Shown in pieces: positions 19,008 to 27,663 of a stretch of DNA of 40,197 nucleotides. This DNA is from Myxococcales bacterium (GTDB taxonomy: Bacteria > Myxococcota_A > UBA9042), in contig JBBISH010000054.1 of the NCBI GenBank assembly GCA_037441385.1, positions 1 through 40,197 of the forward strand, written 5' to 3'. How positions within the stretch are numbered: the stretch's first letter is position 1; every line of letters starts with the position of its first letter. Both the position numbers and the translations under genes were made by a program. The notes under the pieces were generated by a model. The model saw nothing but the letters and a program-made list of their open reading frames with translations. It was not told the origin of the DNA and did not search any database.

Positions 19008-19382
19008 CTACGGGTAGTCGGCTGGATCGACGGCGGGCTGGTCGTGCCAGATTCGCTCGTCGGGCCACCACAAGTACGTCGCCAAGTCCACGCGCCCGGC
19101 GCCGTCGAACTGGACCCCTTCTGCTTCCAACAATGTGCGCTGCAGGCCGGGCCGGTCCAGGTCGCCGCCCAACGAAATCATGCCCTTGGCGTTGATCACG
19201 CGCTGCCACGGCACGGTCGCATCGCGGACGAAGAACATGGAATAGCCCACCGCCCTGGCTGCGCGCGGCGTGCCCAGCAGCGTAGCGATTTGCCCGTAGG
19301 TCATGACTCGGCCAGGGGGAATCTGCCGGACCAAGGCCCAGGCTGCGGCGTAGATGGTCGGCACGGCGGTCGGTTGGCTCAT
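19008..19382 (-). CDS. Alkyltransferase-like (ATL/YbaZ-type) MGMT-family DNA-binding protein
   Basis: IPPGRVMTYGQIA, ARAVG, PWQRV (Trp in place of the PCHR Cys), LLEAEGV. Confidence 0.9.
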   Translation of the reverse strand: MSQPTAVPTIYAAAWALVRQIPPGRVMTYGQIATLLGTPRAARAVGYSMFFVRDATVPWQRVINAKGMISLGGDLDRPGLQRTLLEAEGVQFDGAGRVDLATYLWWPDERIWHDQPAVDPADYP

Positions 19383-19522
19383 GCTGAACTCGGCGGCGGT
19401 GGCCGCGCGGCCAGACTTTGCCCCTGTGCCAGTCATCGCGCAAGCACAGGTGGCGGCAAGGCGATTGCGGTCAACTGGGCACCAAGAACGGGCGCGTTGG
19501 CGCCGGCAACGGATTGCTTCGA

Positions 19523-19560
19523 CTCGGGTCAAAAGACTTAGGCAGTTCTTTCGACCCGAG
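19523..19560. repeat. Imperfect stem-loop in divergent intergenic region
   Basis: CTCGGGTC-A-AAAGA...TCTTT-C-GACCCGAG. Confidence 0.55.
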
Positions 19561-19775
19561 CCGGTGTCCCCGTTTGATTCTAGTTGGTTGCAGGCTGGAC
19601 CAGCGAAGCTATACCCGCCCGTGTCCGATGGGGTGAGTGGAAAACGGATTCCCTGCGCGCGCACGAGTTGGCACGGCCGTTCGCGTGGATCAGGCCGGGA
19701 ACTTGTGGGCGCCCGGGACGCAGCGGACCAACCAGGATCCACCATCGAAATTCGCCCCGGCCGCCGATCCCCGCT

Positions 19776-19802
19776 GAAAAGCAGTCCACTGGACTGCTTT
19801 TC
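19776..19802. promoter_or_regulatory. Perfect 27-bp palindrome, candidate transcription-factor operator
   Basis: GAAAAGCAGTCCA-C-TGGACTGCTTTTC: 13-bp arms, 1-nt spacer, between divergent genes. Confidence 0.6.
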
Positions 19803-20199
19803 TGGCCTCCGGCCACCACGAGGACCCCTGGATGCAAATCAATGCGCAAGGACCAGAGCGACTAAGGCGACCTAGCGGGCGCCGCAGCGAGAGTAGCGAC
19901 GCAGCAACGCCGAGTTGCGCCCAAAGCGGCGGATCGGGGCCAAAATCACGTCTGGCGCAACGGCTCAGGCGGCGCTACAATTCCAAGGGAGGTGACTTCA
20001 TCGATGCGCGTCCGGGCAGCCGCTGTTGCTTGGCCGCGGCCATTTGGGCTCTGTCGTCCGTCGGGCGGCTCGTCTGCTCAGTCGGCGGGAGCAATGGCAC
20101 GCGGTTCGTCGCAAGACGGCCGGACACGTTGAACGGCTAGGATTTTCCTGTCGAACTAGTCCCGCCGCGATGGGCGGCAGTCTGCGTCAGGAGGGCTCG

Positions 20200-21675
20200 A
20201 TGCGAATCTGCTGCGTGTGCGGACATCGCTCGTCGGCATTCCTATGTGCTCGCGACAGCACGCCAACGTCGCTCATTGAGCAGCACACCGACTTCCCCGG
20301 TCGCTTGCTGCGCGGCGACCAGTTGCTGGGCCGATTCATGGTCGACGAGTTGGTCGGTGTGGGAGGAATGGGAGCCGTCTACCGCGGCGTGCAGCTCGGC
20401 ACGCGCAAGTCGGTCGCCATCAAGGTATTGTGGCGCGATCTTTCTGGCGATGCGACCGAAATCAAACGCTTTGCTCGCGAGGCGCGCGTGGCCAGCATGA
20501 TCTCGCACCCCAATGTGGTCAAGGTCATCGATTTTGGCGCGGACACGGCGAGCAACTCGCTGTTCATCGTGATGGAATTTCTGGTCGGCCAGAAGCTCAG
20601 CGACCTGACCCGGCAGACGCCCATCCTGCCCGTGGCCCGTATCGTCCACATCGCGGCCCAGCTCTGCAAAGCGCTGGCCGAGACCCACCGCAAAGGCGTG
20701 GTGCACCGCGACATCAAGCCCGACAACATCTTCTTACAGGCCGTGCCCGACACCCACGACTTCGTCAAGTTGCTCGACTTTGGCCTGTCGATTCTGGCGG
20801 CGCCGGATCCAAACGAAAAACCATTGACCAAACCAGGTTATGTGGTCGGATCGCCCGAATACATCGCACCGGAACAAGCGGCTGGCGATCCGGTGGGGCC
20901 GGCGGCCGATCTCTACTCGCTGGGTGTGGTGCTCTACGAGGCCCTGAGTGGCCGCCTGCCGTTCTATGGCAACTCGAATCAGGAACTGCTGCGCAAGCAC
21001 ATCCTAAACCCCGCGCCGCCGCTAGTTGCGCCGGTTGGATCCGAGCCGATTCCCGAGCAGCTTCAACAAGTCATCATGCGCTGCCTGGAGAAGGACCCGG
21101 CCCTGCGCCCCGCGAGCGCCGATGTCCTAGAGGCCGAGCTGCACCGGACCTGCGCCCCCACGATGTCGCGGGCGACGGGCCCGGTTCCCGCGGTTTTGCC
21201 TGCGCTGGCGCCCAGTTCCATGGACTCCGAACGATCGGCCGAAGGTCTGGGCGCGGCCGGCGACACGGCCCGCAACGCGCTACTGCCCGCGGACGCGCCT
21301 GCCAGGCCGATTGCCGCTCGATCTGACTCACCCAGCCAGGTGAGTCCGCAACGTTGGGCCTCGGCCGAAGGTGTACCGATTCGGCCATTCCGTGCGGTGG
21401 GGAGCGATCTGACCGGCAGGCTACCCAGCGAGAGCTTTTCTACCCAAGTAGAGCAGCCGTTGGAGCCAGGCACCGCGGCGGGGCAGCCGAACCTGGGCCC
21501 GCTGGATTACGGCGCAATTCCTGGCCCAGCGCTGGCCGTGGCCACGCAAGTAGATGAAAGTGTGAGCAACTACCCAAGCGCGTCCCGCTTGCCAGCCGAT
21601 TGGCCACTCTGGGTCTGGCTGGGCTTGGCGGCCGCAGGCTTGGTGGCGGCGGCCGTGGCGTGGGTGTGGCGCTAG
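20200..21675 (+). CDS. Hanks-type Ser/Thr protein kinase with N-terminal zinc-ribbon-like segment and C-terminal TM anchor
   Basis: CAGGAGGG RBS; GVGGMG, VAIK, HRDIKPDN, DFG, GSPEYIAPE, DLYSLG; terminal hydrophobic helix. Confidence 0.95.
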   Translation: MRICCVCGHRSSAFLCARDSTPTSLIEQHTDFPGRLLRGDQLLGRFMVDELVGVGGMGAVYRGVQLGTRKSVAIKVLWRDLSGDATEIKRFAREARVASMISHPNVVKVIDFGADTASNSLFIVMEFLVGQKLSDLTRQTPILPVARIVHIAAQLCKALAETHRKGVVHRDIKPDNIFLQAVPDTHDFVKLLDFGLSILAAPDPNEKPLTKPGYVVGSPEYIAPEQAAGDPVGPAADLYSLGVVLYEALSGRLPFYGNSNQELLRKHILNPAPPLVAPVGSEPIPEQLQQVIMRCLEKDPALRPASADVLEAELHRTCAPTMSRATGPVPAVLPALAPSSMDSERSAEGLGAAGDTARNALLPADAPARPIAARSDSPSQVSPQRWASAEGVPIRPFRAVGSDLTGRLPSESFSTQVEQPLEPGTAAGQPNLGPLDYGAIPGPALAVATQVDESVSNYPSASRLPADWPLWVWLGLAAAGLVAAAVAWVWR

Positions 21676-21738
21676 CTGGGCCGGGGACCTCGCTGCAATC
21701 GCGCGAGTGGATCGGTCGCGCGCTCGCCCCGTACAAAC

Positions 21739-21767
21739 TTGACGCGGTCGGTGTCAGACTCTAGCGT
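21739..21767 (+). promoter_or_regulatory. Candidate sigma70-type promoter
   Basis: TTGACG-N17-TAGCGT upstream of the 21844 gene. Confidence 0.5.
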
Positions 21768-21843
21768 AGGCGTCACTGCGCCGCGGCACACGCCCATTTT
21801 GGACGCGAGCCAATCGCGCATCCCCCTTTGCTTTGAGGTCGCC

Positions 21844-22362
21844 ATGAAGTCGAAACTCCTCCTTATTCTAGCCACTTTGACCCTTGCCCTTGGCGGGCTC
21901 ACCGGCACCGCGCTGGCGGACGAGGCCGGCGGCGATGTCATCGGCCACAGCAAGAAGTTCGGCCTGGGCGTGGGCGGCGGCAGCCACACGTACGGCTTTG
22001 CCCCCAAGTACTACTTGACCACCAAGGACGCGGTGCAGGGCGTGATCGGCTTGAACCCCGGCGTCTACGGCTCGGAGTACCAGATTGGCGTGGACTACCT
22101 GCGCGAGTTGGGCACCTGGGTCAACCTCCCGCCCGGACGCCTCTGGTGGGGCCTGGGCGCTGGCGTCGAGGCCTACATGTACACGTGGTGGCACGAGAGC
22201 TACACCTCCATCGGCATCGCCGGCATCTTCGAGGTGGGCTGGCACTTCAAGAATTTCCCGCTGGAGTTGACCGCGAGCCTCCGCCCCACCTTCTACCTGG
22301 GCGACCACTACTACAGCGGTTTCTATCCGTATGGCGGCGGCGCCGCGCGCTGGTACTTCTAG
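21844..22362 (+). CDS. Small outer-membrane beta-barrel protein
   Basis: GAGGT RBS; Sec signal MKSKLLL..ALA; Gly/aromatic beta strands (FGLGVGGG); C-terminal ARWYF. Confidence 0.8.
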   Translation: MKSKLLLILATLTLALGGLTGTALADEAGGDVIGHSKKFGLGVGGGSHTYGFAPKYYLTTKDAVQGVIGLNPGVYGSEYQIGVDYLRELGTWVNLPPGRLWWGLGAGVEAYMYTWWHESYTSIGIAGIFEVGWHFKNFPLELTASLRPTFYLGDHYYSGFYPYGGGAARWYF

Positions 22363-22371
22363 CCCAACGCC

Positions 22372-23895
22372 CTACCGCGCCAGGGCAATCCCCTGCCCCA
22401 CGTGCAAGCCCAGCGCATAGATCGAGAGCTGCGGCGGCCCGCCGATCGACGTAGGAAAGAGCGAGCCATCCGCCACCCACAACCCCTTGACGCCGTGGTG
22501 CGCACCGCGCGAATCCACAGGGCCCAGGCGGGGATCGTCGCTCATCGGCACCGAGGCCATCGGGTGCACGGCGGTCAGGCCCGACTGCTCTGGGTCGGCG
22601 CTCAGCACCGTCGCCAACTCGCCTTGGTTGCGCAGCTCCAGCGGCACCGGTTGCGGCAGCAGCACGCGCTGGGCACCGGCCGCCAGCAGCAACTGCGCCA
22701 AGCGTTGCCAGCCCAACAACAACTCTTGCCGGTCGGCGGCGTTCAACTGGTAGTGAATGCGCAAGCCCATGTCGCCCTGCGGCTCTACGCGGCCGGCCGT
22801 GCTGTCGTGCAGCATCGCGGTCAAGACGGCCAAGTGGGCATAACGCCTCATGACGCCGCGGTGCGCCGCGCCAAAGCCCGGCATCATGGTCGCTACACCC
22901 ATCGGGTGGCCAAAGGCGGGCACGATCCAGATGCGGGTCGGTTCGCCCGGCCGACCTGGATCGCCATGGAAGCGGAGGAATTCCGTACACTCCACGGTCT
23001 GCGGGATGCCAGCCCAGGCCTGCACGGGCTCGGCAAAGTCCCCAGCCGCCACCACCGCGGGGTGAATGCGCAAGGTCTGGCCGGTCAGGCCGCTTGGGTC
23101 CGGCAGGTCGGACCGCAGCAGCAGCGCGGCCGTGCCCGTGGCAGAAGCGGCGACGACGACCCGCGGGCAAACGATCCTCACCGAAGTGCGCGCCACGCCT
23201 TGGGAGTCCAGGCCCACCGCATCTACGCCCGCGGCCCGGTCGCCCTCGCGCCGGACCCGCACGGCCTGAACACCGGCAAAAACCGTCGCACCGGCATCGA
23301 TCGCCCGCGGCAGCATCACCTTGGCGGCGTTGTTCTTGGCGTCAAAGGCGCAGCCCAGCTCGCAAAACCCAGAACCGACGCAGTCGGTGCGGTTGTGGGC
23401 CAGCCCGCCCGCCCGCCAGCCGAGCTTCTGCGCCCCCTGCAACAGCAGCCGATTGTGGCGATTCCATTTATCTTCTGGCACTTTGCTTACACGGAGCCAT
23501 TGCTCGACCTGGTCGTAGAGCTGGTTCCAGCGCGCCAGCGGCAAGTGGCGGAGCACCCGCTCTTCGTGCCATTGCTGCAAGAGCGTCGCGTCGATGCGCT
23601 TGACCAGGTTGAGGTTGTGAAGCGACGAGCCGCCCACGCCTTTGCCCTGATGAATTCGCACCTTGCGATCCGCGCTGGTACGGCCGGCACTGTCGCAGTA
23701 CAGCCGCGGCAGCATCTGCTCCTCGCGCTGGGTCATCTGGTCGGGCGCAATGAATTCGCCTTGCTCCAGCACGATCACGCGCAAGCCGGCCTCGGCCAGC
23801 ACCATCGCCGCGGTCAGCCCACCCGGACCCGAACCGATCACGCACACGTCGCAGCGCATCGTGAAATTGCCAAGTTGCAGGGCTTCGTAGATCAC
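22372..23895 (-). CDS. GMC-family FAD oxidoreductase (long-chain alcohol dehydrogenase-like)
   Basis: VCVIGSGPGG, LEQG, GKGVGGSS, CVGSGFCELGC, HPMAS, VADGSLFPTSIGGPPQ. GTG 23895 overlaps the upstream TGA (GTGA). Confidence 0.92.
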   Translation of the reverse strand: MIYEALQLGNFTMRCDVCVIGSGPGGLTAAMVLAEAGLRVIVLEQGEFIAPDQMTQREEQMLPRLYCDSAGRTSADRKVRIHQGKGVGGSSLHNLNLVKRIDATLLQQWHEERVLRHLPLARWNQLYDQVEQWLRVSKVPEDKWNRHNRLLLQGAQKLGWRAGGLAHNRTDCVGSGFCELGCAFDAKNNAAKVMLPRAIDAGATVFAGVQAVRVRREGDRAAGVDAVGLDSQGVARTSVRIVCPRVVVAASATGTAALLLRSDLPDPSGLTGQTLRIHPAVVAAGDFAEPVQAWAGIPQTVECTEFLRFHGDPGRPGEPTRIWIVPAFGHPMGVATMMPGFGAAHRGVMRRYAHLAVLTAMLHDSTAGRVEPQGDMGLRIHYQLNAADRQELLLGWQRLAQLLLAAGAQRVLLPQPVPLELRNQGELATVLSADPEQSGLTAVHPMASVPMSDDPRLGPVDSRGAHHGVKGLWVADGSLFPTSIGGPPQLSIYALGLHVGQGIALAR

Positions 23896-25481
23896 CAGCG
23901 CTCCAAGCCGGGCGGTTCGGCGCCGTTGGGGGCGGCCAGGCGGTCGTAGCTCGGGCGGCGCGGTCGCGGGCCTGCGGGGACCATCGGCCCTGGGTAGGCC
24001 AGCTCTGGCCACATCTCCGGCTGCTGCCACAAGCCAAGCATGGTCAAATCCCGAATACCATTCCACAAATCCAACAGCGGGCCGCCCAGGTCGCGCAAAC
24101 GCAGCAGCCGGGCCAAGCGGTCGCTTCGGCTCGCTCGCGAAAACGGCAGCAGCCCAGGCAGTCCGTGCTCGATGGCCGCAAACAGTGCCAGGATCTCGCG
24201 TTGCATCGCTGCCGGCAGGCCCAAGACGTAGCGGTCAACCGCGAGCGCCAAAGCATTCAAGGTCGCAGGAGCGGGCGGCGGTTCGACCAGCGCCTCTGCG
24301 GCAGCAGCCAAAGTGGCCGCGGCACCGGCCCCCAAAGTTCGGCCATCCCACGGCTCCAGGCGATCGGCGCTCAAGACACGCGCGGCCACGATCGTAGCTG
24401 CGCCGGCCAGCACGGCCCGGCGTGTCCAGCCTGGCTCCGGCTCGGCCGGTTCCAAGCGGCTGCGCAGCCAAATCGGCAGGCGCCCTGACCATTGGGCCGT
24501 ACTAGGCAGCGCGCCACTGCGCCGCACGGTGTTCCAAAACAGCCACGCTGGCGCCGCGCCGGGCGGCTGCGCCAGTGCGTCCGCGTACATCCCCGCCAGC
24601 GCCTTGCCCGTGTAGACATCGTCGGCGGCAAAGCCATGGTCAAGCAAGATCTGCCGCATCACCTGCGATTGCGCGGTGGCGTGGCCGTAGCCGGGGCCCA
24701 ACTGGCCGTTCAGCAGGACCAGTGGCCTGGGTGGCGGCCCGCTGATCCCGTGACGAGCCAGCAGCGCCAACGTGGCCGACTGCAAGGCCATCAACCGCCG
24801 CCCGGTGGTCAGTTGCGGTTCCACGGTATACACGGCCCGGACTTCGCACGGCACCTGCGCCAAGCCCAACCCGATCGCCAGCCCCGCCGCGGTGCCGCCA
24901 GAGCCCAGGGCCACGTAGATCCGCTCGGGGACAGGGAGTTGCCCAGCCGCGATCTGTTCGGCCAGTTCCAGACCGGCCCGGACCAGCCCAAGCGTCCCGT
25001 GCGGCGACGAGCCGCCAGGCGGCACCACGGCCGCGCCCTGCCACTGGCGCGCCAGCAGCACCTGCGGGGCCAACAGCCCCAAGGCGATCCGGTTCCGATA
25101 AAAGCTGAGGCGGTGTGCGTAGCTGGCTGTATAGGCCAGATTCTCGCGCACGCCGAAACTGGGCGGCTCCCAAAACAACGCCGCGTGCAATCGAGCCCCG
25201 CGCAAGCCCGCCGCCGCTGTGGTGGCGACCAAGTGCCCCGAGCCGATCGCCCCCACGGTAGCCCAGTGGTGGGACTTGGCAAAATCCGGACTGGCCAGCA
25301 AGAAGTCCAGCTTGCGGACCTTGCTGCCACCAAAAAGCGGCGCCGTCAGCTCGTCGCACTTGATGCCCAGCCAACCCAGCCGCCAGCGCTCGGCCAAGGC
25401 GGGCTCGGCGAGCACTGGTGTGGGCGTGTCGGCCCAGCCCAGGCGAGCAATTCCGTCTAGATCACGGCGCGTCGCAGTCAT
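23892..25481 (-). CDS. D-cysteine desulfhydrase/ACC-deaminase-family PLP enzyme fused to a C-terminal GMC partner (gluconate-2-DH subunit-3-like) domain
   Basis: TPV, IKCD, GGSKVRKL (PLP Lys), PPGGS, VALGSGGTAAG, GPGYG, VYTGKA, LFWNT; then TRRAVLAG and a helical domain ending WPELAYPGP. ATG 25481 overlaps the upstream TGA (ATGA). Confidence 0.85.
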   Translation of the reverse strand: MTATRRDLDGIARLGWADTPTPVLAEPALAERWRLGWLGIKCDELTAPLFGGSKVRKLDFLLASPDFAKSHHWATVGAIGSGHLVATTAAAGLRGARLHAALFWEPPSFGVRENLAYTASYAHRLSFYRNRIALGLLAPQVLLARQWQGAAVVPPGGSSPHGTLGLVRAGLELAEQIAAGQLPVPERIYVALGSGGTAAGLAIGLGLAQVPCEVRAVYTVEPQLTTGRRLMALQSATLALLARHGISGPPPRPLVLLNGQLGPGYGHATAQSQVMRQILLDHGFAADDVYTGKALAGMYADALAQPPGAAPAWLFWNTVRRSGALPSTAQWSGRLPIWLRSRLEPAEPEPGWTRRAVLAGAATIVAARVLSADRLEPWDGRTLGAGAAATLAAAAEALVEPPPAPATLNALALAVDRYVLGLPAAMQREILALFAAIEHGLPGLLPFSRASRSDRLARLLRLRDLGGPLLDLWNGIRDLTMLGLWQQPEMWPELAYPGPMVPAGPRPRRPSYDRLAAPNGAEPPGLERW

Positions 25482-26287
25482 GGTGGGCAGACGTTGGTTC
25501 CAGGCTTGCAGCCGCCGCCGATGCAGCCGTCGCCCACGGTGCACGAATTGCCGTCGTCGCACGTTGCGGTATTGGGCAGGGCCAGGCACGCGCCGCTGCT
25601 GTGCGTGCAACTGTCGTCGGTGCAAGGGTTTGCGTCGTTGCAGTCCTTGATCGAGGTGCCCTTGCACACGCCGGCTTGGCAGGTATCGCCCAGCGAGCAA
25701 CCGTTGCCGTCGCTGCAGGTGGCCTCGATGGGCAGATAGACGCAGCCCTCGATCTTGTCGCAACTGTCGCTGGTGCAGACGTTGTGGTCGTCGCAAGTGA
25801 CCGCGTTCGCCTGGCAGTCGCCCGCGATGCAAATGTCGCCGGCGGTGCACGCGTCGCCGTCGCTGCAGGGGATGTCGCTCAGTTTCTTGAGTGTGCACTG
25901 CTTGTTCTGGCACACGCCCACTTGGCAGCCGCCTTGGCCTGGGCAGCTGGACTCGTCGGTGGCGCCGTCGCAGTCGTTGTCCAGGCCGTCACAGATCTCG
26001 GTGGGGTCGGCGCTGGGGACACAGGCGACGCAAGCGCCCAGGCCAGACGCTCCCACTTTGCAGTACCCCGAGTCGCACTCGCTGGGTCCGTGGCACTGGC
26101 AGCCGACCGAGCGGCAGGTGGTGCTGTCGCCGCTCGCGTCGCCAGGTGCCGTGTCTTCGGCTACCGCGGCGGTGTCATCCTCTTCCACTACGGTGGTCGG
26201 GGCGGCGTTGGAGCCACACGCAACAGCCGCCAGCACGAACGCGCCAGCCGCCCAGCGGGTCAAGGCAAACGGTTGGATCGAGCGCAT
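25478..26287 (-). CDS. Cys-rich repeat lipoprotein (myxobacterial/Dictyostelium-type CxDGNxCT repeats plus EICDGLDNDCDG putative metal-binding motif)
   Basis: Lipobox AVAC, Asp/Thr linker, five C(D/S/N)DxNxC(T/S)xxDxC-like units. Confidence 0.85.
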   Translation of the reverse strand: MRSIQPFALTRWAAGAFVLAAVACGSNAAPTTVVEEDDTAAVAEDTAPGDASGDSTTCRSVGCQCHGPSECDSGYCKVGASGLGACVACVPSADPTEICDGLDNDCDGATDESSCPGQGGCQVGVCQNKQCTLKKLSDIPCSDGDACTAGDICIAGDCQANAVTCDDHNVCTSDSCDKIEGCVYLPIEATCSDGNGCSLGDTCQAGVCKGTSIKDCNDANPCTDDSCTHSSGACLALPNTATCDDGNSCTVGDGCIGGGCKPGTNVCPP

Positions 26288-26393
26288 CGGGACCTCGCTT
26301 TGCCGGCAGGATCGGCCAGTCCCGCGCTGTAGGCAACGGGCCGCTGCGGCACCGGCCGCCGCTGCCCAGGCACGCACTCCAACGCGAAAGAGC

Positions 26394-27542
26394 CTACGGC
26401 GCCTGGTAGTGGTTGACCGCCTTCCACGGCCCGACCATCCAAATGTCCTTGCCCGAACTGCCCCAGATCGCGCGCAGATTGTCGTCGCCGCCCCAGTCGA
26501 ATTGTTTCCAACTCAGCCCATTGTAGTGCAGCAAGACGCCCATGTTGGCGGGCACCCAAATGTCGTTTGGACCGGCGCCCCACGGCTGATACAGATGGCC
26601 GGCGGGCACCGTCGAGTCAACCTTGGTCCAGTTCGTCCCGTCCCAATGCAGCAAGGTGCCCTGGTCGCCGGCCGCCCACAGGTTGTTGCTTTCGGTGCCC
26701 CAGATGCCCTCGATGCCTGTGGTGACGCCGCTCGGCACCTTCTTGGCGGTCTTGCCGTCGTGATGCCAGATCACGCCGCCGCCGCCGCAGAACCAGATGT
26801 CCGTCGAGTTGAGCGCGAAAACACCATAGAGGTACGGCTCTTGCGAGACGGTTGCGGTGGACCATGTCTTGCCGTCCCAGCGCATCTGCAGGCCGGCATC
26901 GCCAACGGCCCACACGTCGACGGCCGAGGTACCGCTGATCGCCGTCAGCGCCCCGCCGTTGGCCGTGGGCACCTTGGTCCAGGCCTTGCCGTCGTAGTGG
27001 ACGATGGTCTGCGACTCGCCCACGGCCCAGATGTCGCTTGGGCCGCTGCCCCAAATCCCGTGCAACCAGGCGTTGGTCGGCGAGTCCGCCTTGTGCCAAC
27101 CGGCCTCGGCGTAGTGGACAATGGTGCCCAACTCGCCCACCGCCCAGATGTCGTTCGGGCCACTGCCCCAAATCCCGTGCAACACAGAGGGAGCGTCGGA
27201 TGGGACCAGCGTCCACTTGCCGTTGGCCTCGACCGTCTCGACCGCGTCGCCGGCGGCGTCATCGGCGGAATCCGTTGCAATACCATCGGCTTGCGCGGTA
27301 TCCGCCGGAGCGCTGTCGGCGGCCGTGGAATCGGCTCCGGTGGCGTCTTGGCCGGCCCCGTCGGCGGCTACAGAATCGGTCGCAGTTGCGTCGCTTTTTG
27401 CGCTATCCCCGCCGGAGTCCGCTTGGCTGTCGCTTGCCGCATCCTTGGCCGTGGAAGTGCTGGTCGGCGTGCTGGAACAGCCGCCCACCGCGATCGCCGC
27501 CACCAACGCCACCATCCCAGTCCATGCCCATCTGTTTCGCAT
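26394..27542 (-). CDS. Lipoprotein with beta-propeller of about 39-aa LxGIWGSGPNDIWAVG repeats
   Basis: GGAGG RBS; lipobox VGGC; Asp/Ala/Thr linker; about 7 repeats, two of them near-identical in DNA about 117 bp apart. Confidence 0.85.
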   Translation of the reverse strand: MRNRWAWTGMVALVAAIAVGGCSSTPTSTSTAKDAASDSQADSGGDSAKSDATATDSVAADGAGQDATGADSTAADSAPADTAQADGIATDSADDAAGDAVETVEANGKWTLVPSDAPSVLHGIWGSGPNDIWAVGELGTIVHYAEAGWHKADSPTNAWLHGIWGSGPSDIWAVGESQTIVHYDGKAWTKVPTANGGALTAISGTSAVDVWAVGDAGLQMRWDGKTWSTATVSQEPYLYGVFALNSTDIWFCGGGGVIWHHDGKTAKKVPSGVTTGIEGIWGTESNNLWAAGDQGTLLHWDGTNWTKVDSTVPAGHLYQPWGAGPNDIWVPANMGVLLHYNGLSWKQFDWGGDDNLRAIWGSSGKDIWMVGPWKAVNHYQAP

Positions 27543-27663
27543 CATCGCCTCCCTTCCCCCTCCTTATCGCGCTTTGGCGTTGGGCGCAACTTGTGCGGTC
27601 GCAAGGGGGGCGGCGCGGCGGCCCTGCGTGCAACCGGGCCAACCCTGGTGGTAGGCTGCGGCC

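Noticed and set aside
19008..19382. Loss of the catalytic Cys in the MGMT-family gene as a sign of pseudogenisation
   Set aside because: Trp at this position is the known hallmark of functional alkyltransferase-like proteins.
19669..20112. TGGCACG motifs near 19669 and 20095 as sigma54 promoters
   Set aside because: Neither has the -12 GC at the required spacing.
25482..25913. N-terminal extension of the 673-aa PLP ORF, and similar extensions of ORFs 2995, 15320-17605, 19008-19745, 22372-24066, 29366 and 33631
   Set aside because: They overlap neighbouring real genes or spacers, are Arg/His/Pro-rich, and better starts with an RBS or stop-start overlap exist downstream.
26400..27200. Direct DNA repeats at about 117-bp period, superficially CRISPR-like
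   Set aside because: They are in-frame coding repeats of a beta-propeller, degenerate at third positions, with no cas genes.
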